Assembly: GCA_963697895.1 (NCBI GenBank)
Contig: OY969100.1
Span: forward strand, 64,001-128,000
Source of the DNA: an uncultured Methanomicrobiales archaeon
GTDB lineage: Archaea > Halobacteriota > Methanomicrobia > Methanomicrobiales > Methanospirillaceae
Reading direction: 5' to 3'
Length of the DNA stretch: 64,000 bases
Part shown: positions 35,236 to 44,858 of the stretch, one piece after another
How the letters are laid out: each line of letters opens with the position of its first letter
Position numbering within the stretch: position 1 is the first letter of the stretch
Position numbers and translations under genes: made by a program
Notes under the pieces: model-generated
Database searches by the model: none
Seen by the model: only the letters and a program-made list of their open reading frames with translations
What the model was told of the DNA's origin: nothing

Positions 35236-36436
35236 CCTCCTGATATAATTTCGCAAATTTTCTCGCAAGATAATTTATACTATTATTTTCAGAGATAAAG
35301 CATGAACCATTTATTCCCATAATTTTTGCCTCATTCTGATGTTCAATAAGATATTTCAAAGCATGTCTAATTTCTTCAACATTATTCGGTGCGATCAGTA
35401 TTCCATTATGCTTATTAAAAATTATCTCCGGGATGCCGCCTACCGATGTCGCAATAATAGGTTTTCCGCAAGACATGGCTTCTAAAATCGACAACGGTTG
35501 ATCAGCAACACCATCTGTGTTTCGGAAGGGAGCTACAAATACATCACAAGCCGCCATTAAAAAATTAATATCCTTAATAATTCCTAATTCGATAACATAT
35601 TCCGTTAGATTAAGATTTTGAATTGCGTTCGAAATCTTGCACTTTTCTTCATCGTACCAATTATACGGTTCTCCCCAAGCTAGGATCAATTTTATGTTTT
35701 TGTGATTTTGAATTAATTGCGCAACTGCTGAAATTAATAGATCAACTCCCTTCCATGTCGCCCAGTTTCCGCAATAAAGAATAATAAATAAATCATTACC
35801 CAATTTTAATTTATTTTTACAACGATCTTTTGATAAGTCCAGATTAAAGACACGACTATCAACGATGGGTGGAGTGTATTCAATAAAATTATTGTCTAAT
35901 CCAATTTTTTTTAGGGAAGATAGTATGTTCTTACTCAAAACTGTAATTTTTCCTGCATTGGAAATCAGAATCTTTGAAAGAAAAACTGACGAAAATAATT
36001 GATACATCCCTTTTCTATCCCTCAATGGTGTAATTTGGATGGGGGAATATAAGGTAAAAAAAAAAGGGACATCTAAAAATAGTTTTAATAAGGCAGGTAT
36101 AATCCCAAAAATAGAGTATCCCGAGTGAAAATGAATGATCTCAAAATCACTTTTATTTTGTTCTGAAATAATTTTTGGTATGATCTTTAACAAGAATTCA
36201 ATATTATTAATAAAAGATCCATATCTAAAATGTATACGGATTGGAATAATAATAATACCATTATAGGTATAGTGTTTTCCTTGTAAATTATTATTGACAT
36301 CCGAAGTAATTATCGTTATCTGATGACCATTTTCAAATAACCCCTGTGCTAGTCTTATCGTATTATTAACCAAACCTCCAGTAAATGCACCACCTTGTGA
36401 AGGAACAATTTCAGTACCAACAATGCATATTCTCAA
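35210..36436 (-). CDS. Glycosyltransferase family 4
   Basis: WKGVD, ACDVFVAP, PLSILEAMSCGKPIIATSVGGIPE. Confidence 0.92.
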   Translation of the reverse strand: MRICIVGTEIVPSQGGAFTGGLVNNTIRLAQGLFENGHQITIITSDVNNNLQGKHYTYNGIIIIPIRIHFRYGSFINNIEFLLKIIPKIISEQNKSDFEIIHFHSGYSIFGIIPALLKLFLDVPFFFTLYSPIQITPLRDRKGMYQLFSSVFLSKILISNAGKITVLSKNILSSLKKIGLDNNFIEYTPPIVDSRVFNLDLSKDRCKNKLKLGNDLFIILYCGNWATWKGVDLLISAVAQLIQNHKNIKLILAWGEPYNWYDEEKCKISNAIQNLNLTEYVIELGIIKDINFLMAACDVFVAPFRNTDGVADQPLSILEAMSCGKPIIATSVGGIPEIIFNKHNGILIAPNNVEEIRHALKYLIEHQNEAKIMGINGSCFISENNSINYLARKFAKLYQEEISNYYRH

Positions 36437-37382
36437 GCAAAATTCCCCGAATGATTCTTAAAAATTTTTCACATATCCCCCTCCAAAATCCAAGTGCATA
36501 TGCAGAATGTTCTATCAGATATACAATTGGAATTGTAATTAAAAATCTTAAATCACGTTTCACTACGACTCCATGAATTCCCATTATAAAAATCAAAAAT
36601 AGATATAGTATAAAAAATGCAACAAAGATAATAGGTGATACAATCAAGGATAAAACCAAAAAAAGAATCAATATTGGAGGGACAATCTGAAAATTTAGTG
36701 TATTGACATTTGCTCTTCCCTGTCCATATTGATACATTCTTTTACAAAAGTCACTCAATCCTCTTTGATGTTTATGAAAAATAATTGCATGAGGAGTATA
36801 CAACAATTTTCCGAGAGCCAATAATCTTTTATTTAATTCCGTATCTTCTGCTGTCTTTAAATAAACATTAAATTTTCCCACTTTGATGAGATCTCTTTTT
36901 CTATAGATACTATTGCTACCGCTGATACTGCTAACAAATTTTTTATTTTCAAAAATTCGACCTTGAACAGAATTTGCACTACCAAGAAACGTATTATAAA
37001 CAAAATTTATGGAATTCTCCCAAATTCCGTAGCCAATATTAATCACCCTTCCACCAACACCAACTATTTCTTCATTGAATTCTTTAATCAGATTCTGCAG
37101 CCAATTTTTATCAGGTATGCAATCAGCATCGGTAAATGCAATTAATTCTCCTCGTGCATTTTCAATTCCAATATTATTTGCTCCTGCTCTTGTATGATAT
37201 TCTTCAAAAAAAAGATTAATCGGATATTTCTTCGCATTAGCAACAGTATTATCCGTTGAATGACCATCAACTACAATTATTTCAATTGGTAAAACGCTTT
37301 GACATAAAATCGCTTCAAGACATGTACAAATCTTTGATTCTTCATTTCTCACTGGAATGATCACAGAAATTGACGAATTCAT
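36411..37382 (-). CDS. Glycosyltransferase family 2 with C-terminal membrane helices
   Basis: ISVIIPVRNE, VVDGHSTD, AFTDADC, AEDTEL. Confidence 0.92.
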   Translation of the reverse strand: MNSSISVIIPVRNEESKICTCLEAILCQSVLPIEIIVVDGHSTDNTVANAKKYPINLFFEEYHTRAGANNIGIENARGELIAFTDADCIPDKNWLQNLIKEFNEEIVGVGGRVINIGYGIWENSINFVYNTFLGSANSVQGRIFENKKFVSSISGSNSIYRKRDLIKVGKFNVYLKTAEDTELNKRLLALGKLLYTPHAIIFHKHQRGLSDFCKRMYQYGQGRANVNTLNFQIVPPILILFLVLSLIVSPIIFVAFFILYLFLIFIMGIHGVVVKRDLRFLITIPIVYLIEHSAYALGFWRGICEKFLRIIRGILLENMHCWY

Positions 37383-37389
37383 TTTAATG

Positions 37390-37873
37390 CCTCACATTCG
37401 GTACTCCTGTGAAGGGACCTCCTAAAACATCTGCATCATCCCGATTCCAGCACTTAGCAACCCATATTAATAACACGGTTGATCTCATCAGTCATGCTCC
37501 GGTCAAAATAATGGAACAACCCTCCTTCAACATGGCCGAAAGTGCTTATGAAGTATTACTGCCTCAAGGGCACCGACCATGACTGTGTTGGTGTCGCCCT
37601 TGATCAACACCATATCGGTATGTTCCTTTTCCAGGACCCGCTCGACACCCATCATGATCTTTCCTGTCTGCTCAGTATGAGTCCCGGACCCGACATCGAT
37701 TTTATATTGGGCTCCTGGGAGCGCAAGTTCATCAAAGAATACCCGATGCATCTCGTAGAAATAGTGCTGACCAGTAGGAATATGATACTAAGGGATATCC
37801 CGGTCCTTACACCGGATGATTGGAAACGGGTTTTAATGATCTCGGGTCGAGTCCCATGGACAATTGCAATCAA
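37390..37873 (-). pseudogene. wecB: Third, truncated and decayed wecB
   Basis: MIAIVHGTRPEIIK, MHRVFFDELALPG..Y.IDVGSGTH.EQTG, GDTNTV; frameshifts and loss of the C-terminal half. Confidence 0.85.
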
Positions 37874-37877
37874 TGCA

Positions 37878-39116
37878 CTACCCCTCTCTTCGTCTCTCCA
37901 TCTTTATTATATGCACCAGCGAATTCAGGATCAACCCGGTAGTCACCAGCAGTAGTCCCAATATTAGGCAAATGAGACCCCCGAAAAAGATGATATAATG
38001 GAAACTCCCGTCCACGTAATATTCTGATAGAGTCCCAATTCCAGTCAGGACACCGAAAAGGGTTAGAATTATTCCTGGGATTCCAAATGACAGAAGCGGT
38101 CTCCGGTAACTCACCAGCCCAACAATTTTGGATAATACTCCTATCCCATGAGATACCGGGTTCTGTGTGGACGTATGTTCAAGATCATAACGGACGGTTA
38201 TGGGAACCTCGGCAACCTTCAGTTCGTTATCGATGTATTTGAAATCAGTCGGATTCGATCGGAACCCGCCGACATGCCATTCCCGGATACTTTGATCTTT
38301 TCGATTGCTCTTTTCCCGTATGCACGATAACCGCTCTGGGAATCTGAAACGTTATGATCTCCTGCAAGATTTGTCGCGGCGTCGAGGACCTTCATGGCCC
38401 GACATCACGGTAACCGGGATAATATTCTTCTTGTTTCCGGAGATGAAGCGGGAACCGATCACAACGTCCACACCATCATCCGAGGCGGTTTTAATACATC
38501 CGGGATCAATCTCGGGTCATGCTGACCGTCGGCATCAAGGATGACGAGGGCATCGACATCTAATGCTCGTGGCAGTAATGCAAATCGTCTGAGAGGTGCA
38601 CCTCCGTATCCCTTGTTCTGCGTATGTTTTACGACGTATGCACCGAGGGCCTCGGCAATCTGCTACTGTGGCGTCGGTCGAACCATCATCGACAACGATG
38701 ACTTTGTCGACATAGTTCTGGGCTTTAGGACAATGGTCCGTGGCGATCTGCTTCTCTTCGTTGAAGGCGGGCATGATGCTGCAAGGGTTACTATCTGGGG
38801 ATCCTTTTGGGATCCCGGAAAGAAGAACAGGAACATTGGAAACAATATCGCTATGGGGTCCGACCTTTTGCAGGGGTATCTGATCGGGGGACTGGGATCT
38901 TTTCCGGACGACCGGCTCCACCATGCCGACCGCCGAGTTCGCCTTCAGGGTCTCGCTGAATGCCGCGTACTGCTTGATCAGCGATAACGTGCCGGATGAA
39001 AAGCCGCGGGTATCCGGGACCGCCAGCTGGTCTTCGTCGATCTGGTCTGTCTCAGCGATATCTTCGAATTCGCCGGTGTCGTCGGTGTCGTCGTAGATTT
39101 CCGTAAGAGCTGCCAC
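37878..39116 (-). CDS. GT2 (dolichol-phosphate glycosyltransferase-like) with acidic N-terminal extension, many frameshifts
   Basis: MPAFNEE, VIVVDDGSTD, LDADGQH, VVIGSRF, DSQSGYRAY, SYRRPLLSFGIPG and a C-terminal TM pair. Confidence 0.78.
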
Positions 39117-39656
39117 CTCGGGAATGTGCACGGGAATGAGCGGAAGGTGAAAAGAAGATACCCCAAATATCCTCCCCACCAAATATATATATGACGATAT
39201 TCGGCTCAGGGAATATAAAAGGTTCCGTTTCGCAGGGAGATGGTAAAGAATCGTTGACATTCGTTGGTGAACGGAAACGCGGTCATGATAGTTTTTTGGG
39301 AACCGGGATCGTCATTGTCGCTCCACAATTCTCATCGCGATCCGGGGTAAAAATGCATCAGACCCGGCGCACCCGGACGGGAGAGTTCACCATGGTGCCC
39401 CGGATCGACTCAGAAACCATCAGGAGGCTGAAAAACTACCGTGACCTTCGCTTCTTTCCTCCTTTCCCCGTCCGTCCCCCCGCTCTACCCGGGGGGTTCA
39501 CAGATGGAACATTGCGTACCGGATATTGTCACCTGGCATAGGGAGTTTTGTCATTGCCGCGACGAGCAGCGAGTAGTAAGGTTGCCGGCGGATGAACCCC
39601 CTGTCAAGTGTCCCCCTCCCACATGAATATCGGCGAGACCAAACGATTTGATCCTT

Positions 39657-39902
39657 TTGGTAAGCACTTACGTTATCTGTGTCATGGACTGGAGACTCCG
39701 CCTTCACCGGTCAAGAAGGGGATGGAGCACCTGCGTGACCGGGTGAACTGGAACGAAGAGAATCCGGCAGTTCATCGGGAGAAAGATCGAGGAGGAGCGA
39801 AAACGGGACCTCCTCCAGAAACTGGAAGCCCGTATCACGCACTCCCCAGCCCCCAGAGGGACTGCATCCCGACTGGTGAGGGAGGATCGTGACCGTCATT
39901 GA
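39657..39902 (+). pseudogene. Decayed VapB-type antitoxin
   Basis: KKGMEHLRDRVNWNEE / IRQFIGRKIEEE...GTASRLVREDRDRH across frames; typical archaeal antitoxin ending. Confidence 0.65.
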
Positions 39903-40345
39903 CGGCGCGGCATACATCGCATTTCTGATTGGTGAAGAAGGCGGGGAGGCTGTCCGGCCCTGGCTTGATCCGGAGAGGGCTCCCCGTTCGGTTTTCCCTC
40001 CTCCTGACAGAAAGCGGCAACGTTCTCTGGAAATACTTCCGTGCAGGTGCTATTCCGGAGGAACGGGCGATTGACGGCTCTATACCATGACAGGGGATAT
40101 CTGCCGTGAGGTAACGAGTGATCAATCGCAGATCGAACCGCTGACGAGAGAATTATCAGACATGGCGGCAGCTCTGGATGACATTAAATGCGGCGGACGT
40201 CTCGCAGCATAAAACACGCCCATCCCTTCTATGATCATGCTGTTTGTCGCTCAGGCGATGGAAACGCATGAAGGGCTGGTAACGGGAGATACCCTGCAGG
40301 CTCCGCAGGTTGGACCGACAAAAAAGTGTGAAATTGACGTCTTTT
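39889..40345 (+). pseudogene. Decayed VapC (PIN) toxin
   Basis: VTVIDGAAYIAFLIGEEG at the start; FYD..LFVAQAMETHEGLVTGDTLQA near 40225-40300. Confidence 0.65.
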
Positions 40346-40436
40346 TTATCGGATGGAGAGGCATCCCGGGCAATCCAGGATACCGGATCATCGTATCGCC
40401 AACCTGACGGAAACACACCGCGTCTCTCCGGCGGTA

Positions 40437-40520
40437 CCCCGATCACGACCGCCCCGGCGAATCATCCACGATCGAAACGTGATCGATCCGTGCATAATAT
40501 ATTGTTCATCGAGCCGGAGG
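40437..40520 (-). repeat. Decayed copy (R4) of the eamA 3' end
   Basis: CCCGATCACGACCGCCCCGGCGAATCATCCACGATCG vs eamA CCCGATCACCACCGCCCCGGCGATCATCACGATCG (43174-43208). Confidence 0.75.
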
Positions 40521-40542
40521 AAACGCAATCTGGTCGGAAGCA

Positions 40543-40650
40543 CCCATCCTCACCCCGCGACCGGTCACACCGCACCGGTCATCCGGGCACGGATGTGTTG
40601 TTCATGGAGGAGGAGCCGGCCGAAGAAAACGCGAAGAAGATCATCTGGCG
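40543..40650 (-). repeat. Decayed copy (R3) of the eamA 3' end including the stop codon
   Basis: Minus strand reads IFFA.FFGRLLLHEQHIRARMTGAV..AG* vs eamA IFFAVLFGWLILHERHISARMTGAIV...VG*. Confidence 0.85.
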
Positions 40651-40663
40651 GGGAAATAATCGG

Positions 40664-41044
40664 TCAGTACGGAAGGACCGTCAACCCCGGGACAGCAGTG
40701 AAATGGGTGTCCCGGGAGACGATCGCATCGTTCTGCCGGAGTGCAATGGCGGCGATCAGCTCGTCGAACGATGAGACCCTGTTTCGACTTTGCCTGAGCT
40801 CCGCTGCTATATCTGCGTAGATCATCGCCGATTCGGTATCGAAAGGAAGGATAGGAAAATGGGCGAGAAATGTCCGGGCGGCATCGAAGAGACCGGGCCG
40901 GGTACTGATCCGTGCGCCATAGAGGAATTCAGCGGCTGAAACCGAGGTCGTTCTTAACAAGGGCTCATTTTCCGCAAACCGGATCGCTCCCGGATCTTCC
41001 CGGATCAGGTCGATCAGAAAGCAGGTATCGACGATGCTCACCAT
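40664..41044 (-). CDS. vapC: VapC PIN-domain toxin
   Basis: IVDTCFLID, SAAEF..G, FDELIAAIA, IVSRDTHF..VPGL. Confidence 0.9.
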   Translation of the reverse strand: MVSIVDTCFLIDLIREDPGAIRFAENEPLLRTTSVSAAEFLYGARISTRPGLFDAARTFLAHFPILPFDTESAMIYADIAAELRQSRNRVSSFDELIAAIALRQNDAIVSRDTHFTAVPGLTVLPY

Positions 41045-41271
41045 CCCACCTCCCGCGGCCGGGCCTCGTCGAGCTCCTTCTTTACTCTGGTGACCGAGAG
41101 AGCCAGCTCTTCCCGGAGGTCGGGGGAGAGCGACCGGACAAATTCGGTCACCGATTTCCGTTCTCCCTGGGATAGACGGAGGATAACGTCAGAGAAACTT
41201 TCCCCCTCATGCTTCATTGATTTCAAAGCCTGGTATGCGGATTCCTTTATGTTGATCGTCTTCGTTGCCAT
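41038..41271 (-). CDS. vapB: VapB antitoxin (DUF217-type)
   Basis: MATKTINIKESAYQALKSMKHEGESFSDVILRL; overlaps vapC. Confidence 0.88.
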   Translation of the reverse strand: MATKTINIKESAYQALKSMKHEGESFSDVILRLSQGERKSVTEFVRSLSPDLREELALSVTRVKKELDEARPREVGW

Positions 41272-41523
41272 ATACTGTGTATACACAGTATGTGAGGAAA
41301 GAACATAGAGATTACGTATAGGCGAGGAGGAAGCCGGTTCAGGTAACTCACGGAGTCACCCCGCAGATAGATCCATCCCCCCATGAAAAGCAGGAGAACG
41401 TTTTAGTAGTTTTTGCAGGATAATACCGAGCACCTGAGAAGATTTCCGTTTCCCCCACCTGCCACCACCGGTTGCGATGCCCCGGGAATACCTCTTGCTT
41501 ATTCTCACATTCCCGTTAAAACC

Positions 41524-41650
41524 CCCATCCCTCACCCCGCGAGCCCGGTCACCACCGCCCCGCCGATCATCACCACCGCACCGGTCTCCCGGGCCCGGAT
41601 GTGGAGGAGGAGCCGGGCGAAGAGGACGGCGAAGAAGATCGCCAGACCCG
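41524..41650 (-). repeat. Diverged copy (R2) of the eamA 3' end including the stop codon
   Basis: Minus strand reads LAIFFAVLFARLLLH---IRARETGAVVMIGGAVVTGLAG* vs eamA LSIFFAVLFGWLILHERHISARMTGAIVMIAGAVVIGLVG*. Confidence 0.92.
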
Positions 41651-41725
41651 GTACCGTTCACACCGGTGTTATTCAAAACCGGCATAGGTAATTTTTATCT
41701 GGTGATTTACCCAATGTCTGGTCAT

Positions 41726-42028
41726 ATGAGGCTTGCAGGAGGTCGAATCCGGGCTCTCCGGGATAACCGGGAGGAGATCCTCCGGATTGCAGCGGCGCAT
41801 GGGGCGCGAAACATCCGTCTCTTTGGATCGGTCGGCAGAGGCGAGGACTCGGAAGAGAGTGACATCGATTTCCTGGTGGAGTTTGATCCGGGGAGAAGCC
41901 TCCTCGAGCATGTCGGGTTGATCCAGGACCTTGAGGATCTGCTCGGGTGCCCGGTGGACGTGGTCACAGAACGTGGCCTGCACTGGTATATCAGGGACCG
42001 GGTGGTGAAGGAGGCTATGCCGCTGTGA
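41726..42028 (+). CDS. Minimal nucleotidyltransferase (MNT) antitoxin
   Basis: LFGSVGRGEDSEESDIDFLV (GSx10DxD) and LEDLLG.PVDVVT. Confidence 0.9.
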   Translation: MRLAGGRIRALRDNREEILRIAAAHGARNIRLFGSVGRGEDSEESDIDFLVEFDPGRSLLEHVGLIQDLEDLLGCPVDVVTERGLHWYIRDRVVKEAMPL

Positions 42029-42360
42029 AAGATGACCGGCTCTACCTGATTCATATCAGGGAATGCATCCGGAAAATTGAATCATACACCTCCGGAGGCC
42101 GCGAGTCATTCATGACATCACCGATCCAGCAGGATGCGGTGATCAGGAACCCTGAGATCATCGGTGAAGCGGTTAAAAATATCTCCGGACATACATTGGC
42201 ATCCTACCCGGAGATACCCTGGCGGAGGGTCTCCGGACTCCGTGATCTGCTTATCCACCGGTATATGGGAGTCGACCCGGAGGAGGTCTGGAGCATTGTC
42301 GTACAGGATATACCTGCCCTGAAAGAGGTTGTTCTTCAGATGTGTGACGCACAGGAATGA
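42025..42360 (+). CDS. HepT-like HEPN RNase toxin (DUF86)
   Basis: GTG start; DAVIRN.EIIGEA, PEIPW, RDLLIHRY (Rx4H). Confidence 0.9.
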   Translation: MKDDRLYLIHIRECIRKIESYTSGGRESFMTSPIQQDAVIRNPEIIGEAVKNISGHTLASYPEIPWRRVSGLRDLLIHRYMGVDPEEVWSIVVQDIPALKEVVLQMCDAQE

Positions 42361-42500
42361 ACCTGATTATCTGGAGTGACCGGATGATCTCCGGGACCAG
42401 GATAATCCTATATCTATGCATCCCAGACACGATAGCCCCGGAACCGAACCGCCTCTGACTGAAGAAGAATATAAAACCGCAGTCTTTACTGCTGAATCTG

Positions 42501-42713
42501 TTATTGAGTGGGCGGAAAGGATCGCTCACACCCCGATAGCGCAGGCGATAAACCCGTTCGTGCGGTAAATATCCGGCTGTATCGTATGGGCTTTCCGCTT
42601 AGGGGGTCGTTGACGATCTTCGCAATCTGTTTTTTTACCCGTTCCCTGAGTCTGGCATCCTTGATCTTCCGGATGGTCTCTTCAAACTGCTCGCCGCAGG
42701 GGACGGTCACCAT
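42501..42713 (-). pseudogene. RelE-family toxin, decayed C-terminus
   Basis: FEETIRKIKDARLRERVKKQIAKIVNDPLSGKPIRYSR, after which similarity is lost. Confidence 0.7.
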
Positions 42714-42870
42714 ACTGCCAGCTCTTCAAGAAAGTCGCTCCCGCTTTTTGTGGAATATGTTCCCGATTTATATTCTGCAAATGCTTTTTCGGTCTGTTCC
42801 GCGAAGAGAATATCTTCACGCAGGGCCGGTTCCCGTTCATCGAGAGGTTTGAGCATAAATCGTTCTATCA
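42708..42870 (-). pseudogene. C-terminal half of the antitoxin belonging to the RelE remnant
   Basis: FMLKPLDEREPALREDILFAEQTEKAFAEYKSGTYSTKSGSDFLEELAVW*; stop overlaps the RelE ATG; N-terminus missing. Confidence 0.6.
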
Positions 42871-43110
42871 ATACGCAGGGGCGGTCTGCTCATCCCGCAC
42901 CTCTTCATCATGCTCTTCATGGATCCGGTTGAGGTCCAGCTCAGGTATGGTACCAAAAAGGTCGGAGAGCGGCTTTATCGGCCGAAGTTCTATCCGGTTT
43001 TCATCCGCATCAAGGGTGAAGAGGGCGGAAAAGCGTTTCCGGATCTTACCCCGGATCCTCCCATTTTTATCCATTTTTACTAACTCTGCCATATTGATCA
43101 ACATATGGCA
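42868..43110 (-). CDS. AbrB/MazE-like antitoxin whose toxin is reduced to a stub
   Basis: MAELVKMDKNGRI...IRKRF....IELRPIKPLSDLFG; overlapping ATG reads MSRPPLRID. Start approximate (ATG 43092 or slightly upstream). Confidence 0.6.
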   Translation of the reverse strand, partial: CHMLINMAELVKMDKNGRIRGKIRKRFSALFTLDADENRIELRPIKPLSDLFGTIPELDLNRIHEEHDEEVRDEQTAPAY

Positions 43111-43161
43111 TAATACTAATTCAGGAAGACCACAGCGATTCGACGGATACACTCCTCTCCC

Positions 43162-44256
43162 TCACCCCACGAGCCCGATCACCACCGCCCCGGCGATCAT
43201 CACGATCGCCCCGGTCATCCGGGCGCTGATGTGCCGTTCGTGGAGGATGAGCCAGCCGAAGAGGACGGCGAAGAAGATGGAGAGGCGCTTCACGGTGATC
43301 ACGTAGGGGACGATCGAGAGGGTGTACGCGGTGTTGATCGAGATCCCCTCGAGGGCGAGCATCGCCCCGACGGCCGCGAACGCGAGGGGGGCGGGATAGG
43401 GGAACGGGGTATCGGGCTGGTTCCGTGTTATGGATGAGTCCTGGCTGTCCGGTGTGCTCCGCGGATCCGCCGGTGAGATCTCCCGTTCAGGCTTCAGTTC
43501 GTCCGGTGTGCTCCGCGGATCCGCCGGTGAGATCTCCCGTTCAGGCTTCAGTTCGTCCGGTGCGTTCCGCGGATCCGCCGGTGAAGTGATCTCCGGTTTC
43601 GGTTCGTCCCGTGCCCCGCCTCCCCGTGACAGGAATGTGCCTTTCCTCCCGGCAACGACCGCGATGAGGAGGAAGGAGACGGCGAGGAAGAGGGACGTCA
43701 GCCCGGCGCCGAAGATCGGGCCCGAGTTGGTCACCACCTCCTTGTCGTAGTTGACCGAGATGCTGTAGAGGAACGCGACGAGGATCATGAGCTGTACCCC
43801 GCGTTCGGAGCGGAGCGTGTGGAACGGGGTGAGCAGGGAGGCGTCCCCGGGTACCCGGGCGAGGAGGAAGGCCCCGGCGGTGACGAGGAGGATCCCCGCG
43901 GCGCCGGCCGCGGAGGGGAGCTCCCCGAGGATGACGAACGAGGTGAGGATGAGGAAGACCGGGGTGAAGGCGAGCATCGGCACGCAGAGGGAGAGGTCGG
44001 TGGTGGAGAGTGCCCGGAGGAAGAGGATCGTTGCCGCGATGTTGATCGCGACGGTGACCGCCAGGGCCGGAAAGAGCCCCGGGCCGAGGGGCGGGATGCC
44101 GGAGAAGAAGGCGACGAGGAGGAGGATCGCGGAGGCGGCGAGGTACGAGAACCCGGCGAGCACGTAGGGGGAGAACCAGCGGAGGAGGACCTTGAAGGAG
44201 AGGCTTTCCGCCGCCTGGCTTACGGCACCGATCAGCGCGAGGGGGAACCAGAGCAT
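43162..44256 (-). CDS. EamA/DMT-family transporter with a repeat insertion in a loop
   Basis: About 10 hydrophobic helices, DLSL..P.LAFTP.F, LGE.PS..G..GI, YVITVKRLSIFF. Confidence 0.9.
   Translation of the reverse strand: MLWFPLALIGAVSQAAESLSFKVLLRWFSPYVLAGFSYLAASAILLLVAFFSGIPPLGPGLFPALAVTVAINIAATILFLRALSTTDLSLCVPMLAFTPVFLILTSFVILGELPSAAGAAGILLVTAGAFLLARVPGDASLLTPFHTLRSERGVQLMILVAFLYSISVNYDKEVVTNSGPIFGAGLTSLFLAVSFLLIAVVAGRKGTFLSRGGGARDEPKPEITSPADPRNAPDELKPEREISPADPRSTPDELKPEREISPADPRSTPDSQDSSITRNQPDTPFPYPAPLAFAAVGAMLALEGISINTAYTLSIVPYVITVKRLSIFFAVLFGWLILHERHISARMTGAIVMIAGAVVIGLVG
43449..43610 (-). repeat. 54-bp coding tandem repeat (18 aa PDELKPEREISPADPRST), about 3 copies
   Basis: CCGGTG.G.TCCGCGGATCCGCCGGTGA recurs at 43449, 43503 and 43557. 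Confidence 0.93.
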
Positions 44257-44421
44257 GTGCACCGGAAGGTAGGGAGGACGGGTGGATAAGGGTGCGGCCT
44301 CCTCCGGACATTCGCGCTCTTCGCATACATGAGTATGATGGACGGGGTTCCCAAACACCGCCTATTCCTGCCGGAGAGAACATTTTTCAGGAGAAAGCAC
44401 GATATAGTCTCACGAGGGTAT

Positions 44422-44646
44422 ATGCAGATCCTACGATTTTCTGTCGTTATCGAGAAAGATGCCGACGGCTATGTCGCATTCGTTCCCGACCTCCCGGGAT
44501 GTTATACCCAGGGCGACACCTATGAAGAGGTCGTTCTCCAGATACGTGACGCCATCAGGCTCCACATCGAGGACCGGATGAGCAGGGATGAGCAGATCCC
44601 ACAGCCCGAACTGGTGAGCTTCACCACGGTGGAAATTCCGGTATGA
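44422..44646 (+). CDS. hicB: HicB-family antitoxin
   Basis: FSVVIEKDADGYVAFVPDLPGCYTQGDTYEE...IRDAI. Confidence 0.9.
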   Translation: MQILRFSVVIEKDADGYVAFVPDLPGCYTQGDTYEEVVLQIRDAIRLHIEDRMSRDEQIPQPELVSFTTVEIPV

Positions 44647-44858
44647 AAGAGAAGCTGCCACGGGTTGAGGCGGTGGTGGTGATATCAGCCCTCGAAAGGA
44701 AGGGTTTTGTCCTTGTCCGCCAGAGCGGAAGCCATAAGATATTCCGGAATGAGCAGGGTATACGGGTTACCGTACCCTGTCACGCGGGAAAGATCCTGCA
44801 TCCGAAAATTCTTCGTGCGATCCTCACTGACGCAGATCTTTCCCCCGAAGATCTCTAA
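44643..44858 (+). CDS. hicA: HicA-family toxin
   Basis: LERKGF..VRQSGSHKIF...RVTVP.H...L.P..LRAIL. Confidence 0.9.
   Translation: MKEKLPRVEAVVVISALERKGFVLVRQSGSHKIFRNEQGIRVTVPCHAGKILHPKILRAILTDADLSPEDL

Larger units (their letters stand above)
19300..37500. other. AT-rich glycan-biosynthesis island (probable horizontal acquisition)
   Basis: Visibly much lower GC than the flanks, with A/T-ending codons; boundaries approximate. Confidence 0.8.

Noticed and set aside
42380-42425. MHRYRIILVPE on the minus strand as a HicB stub, or a further eamA-end copy near 42420
   Set aside because: Matches are too short to distinguish from chance.
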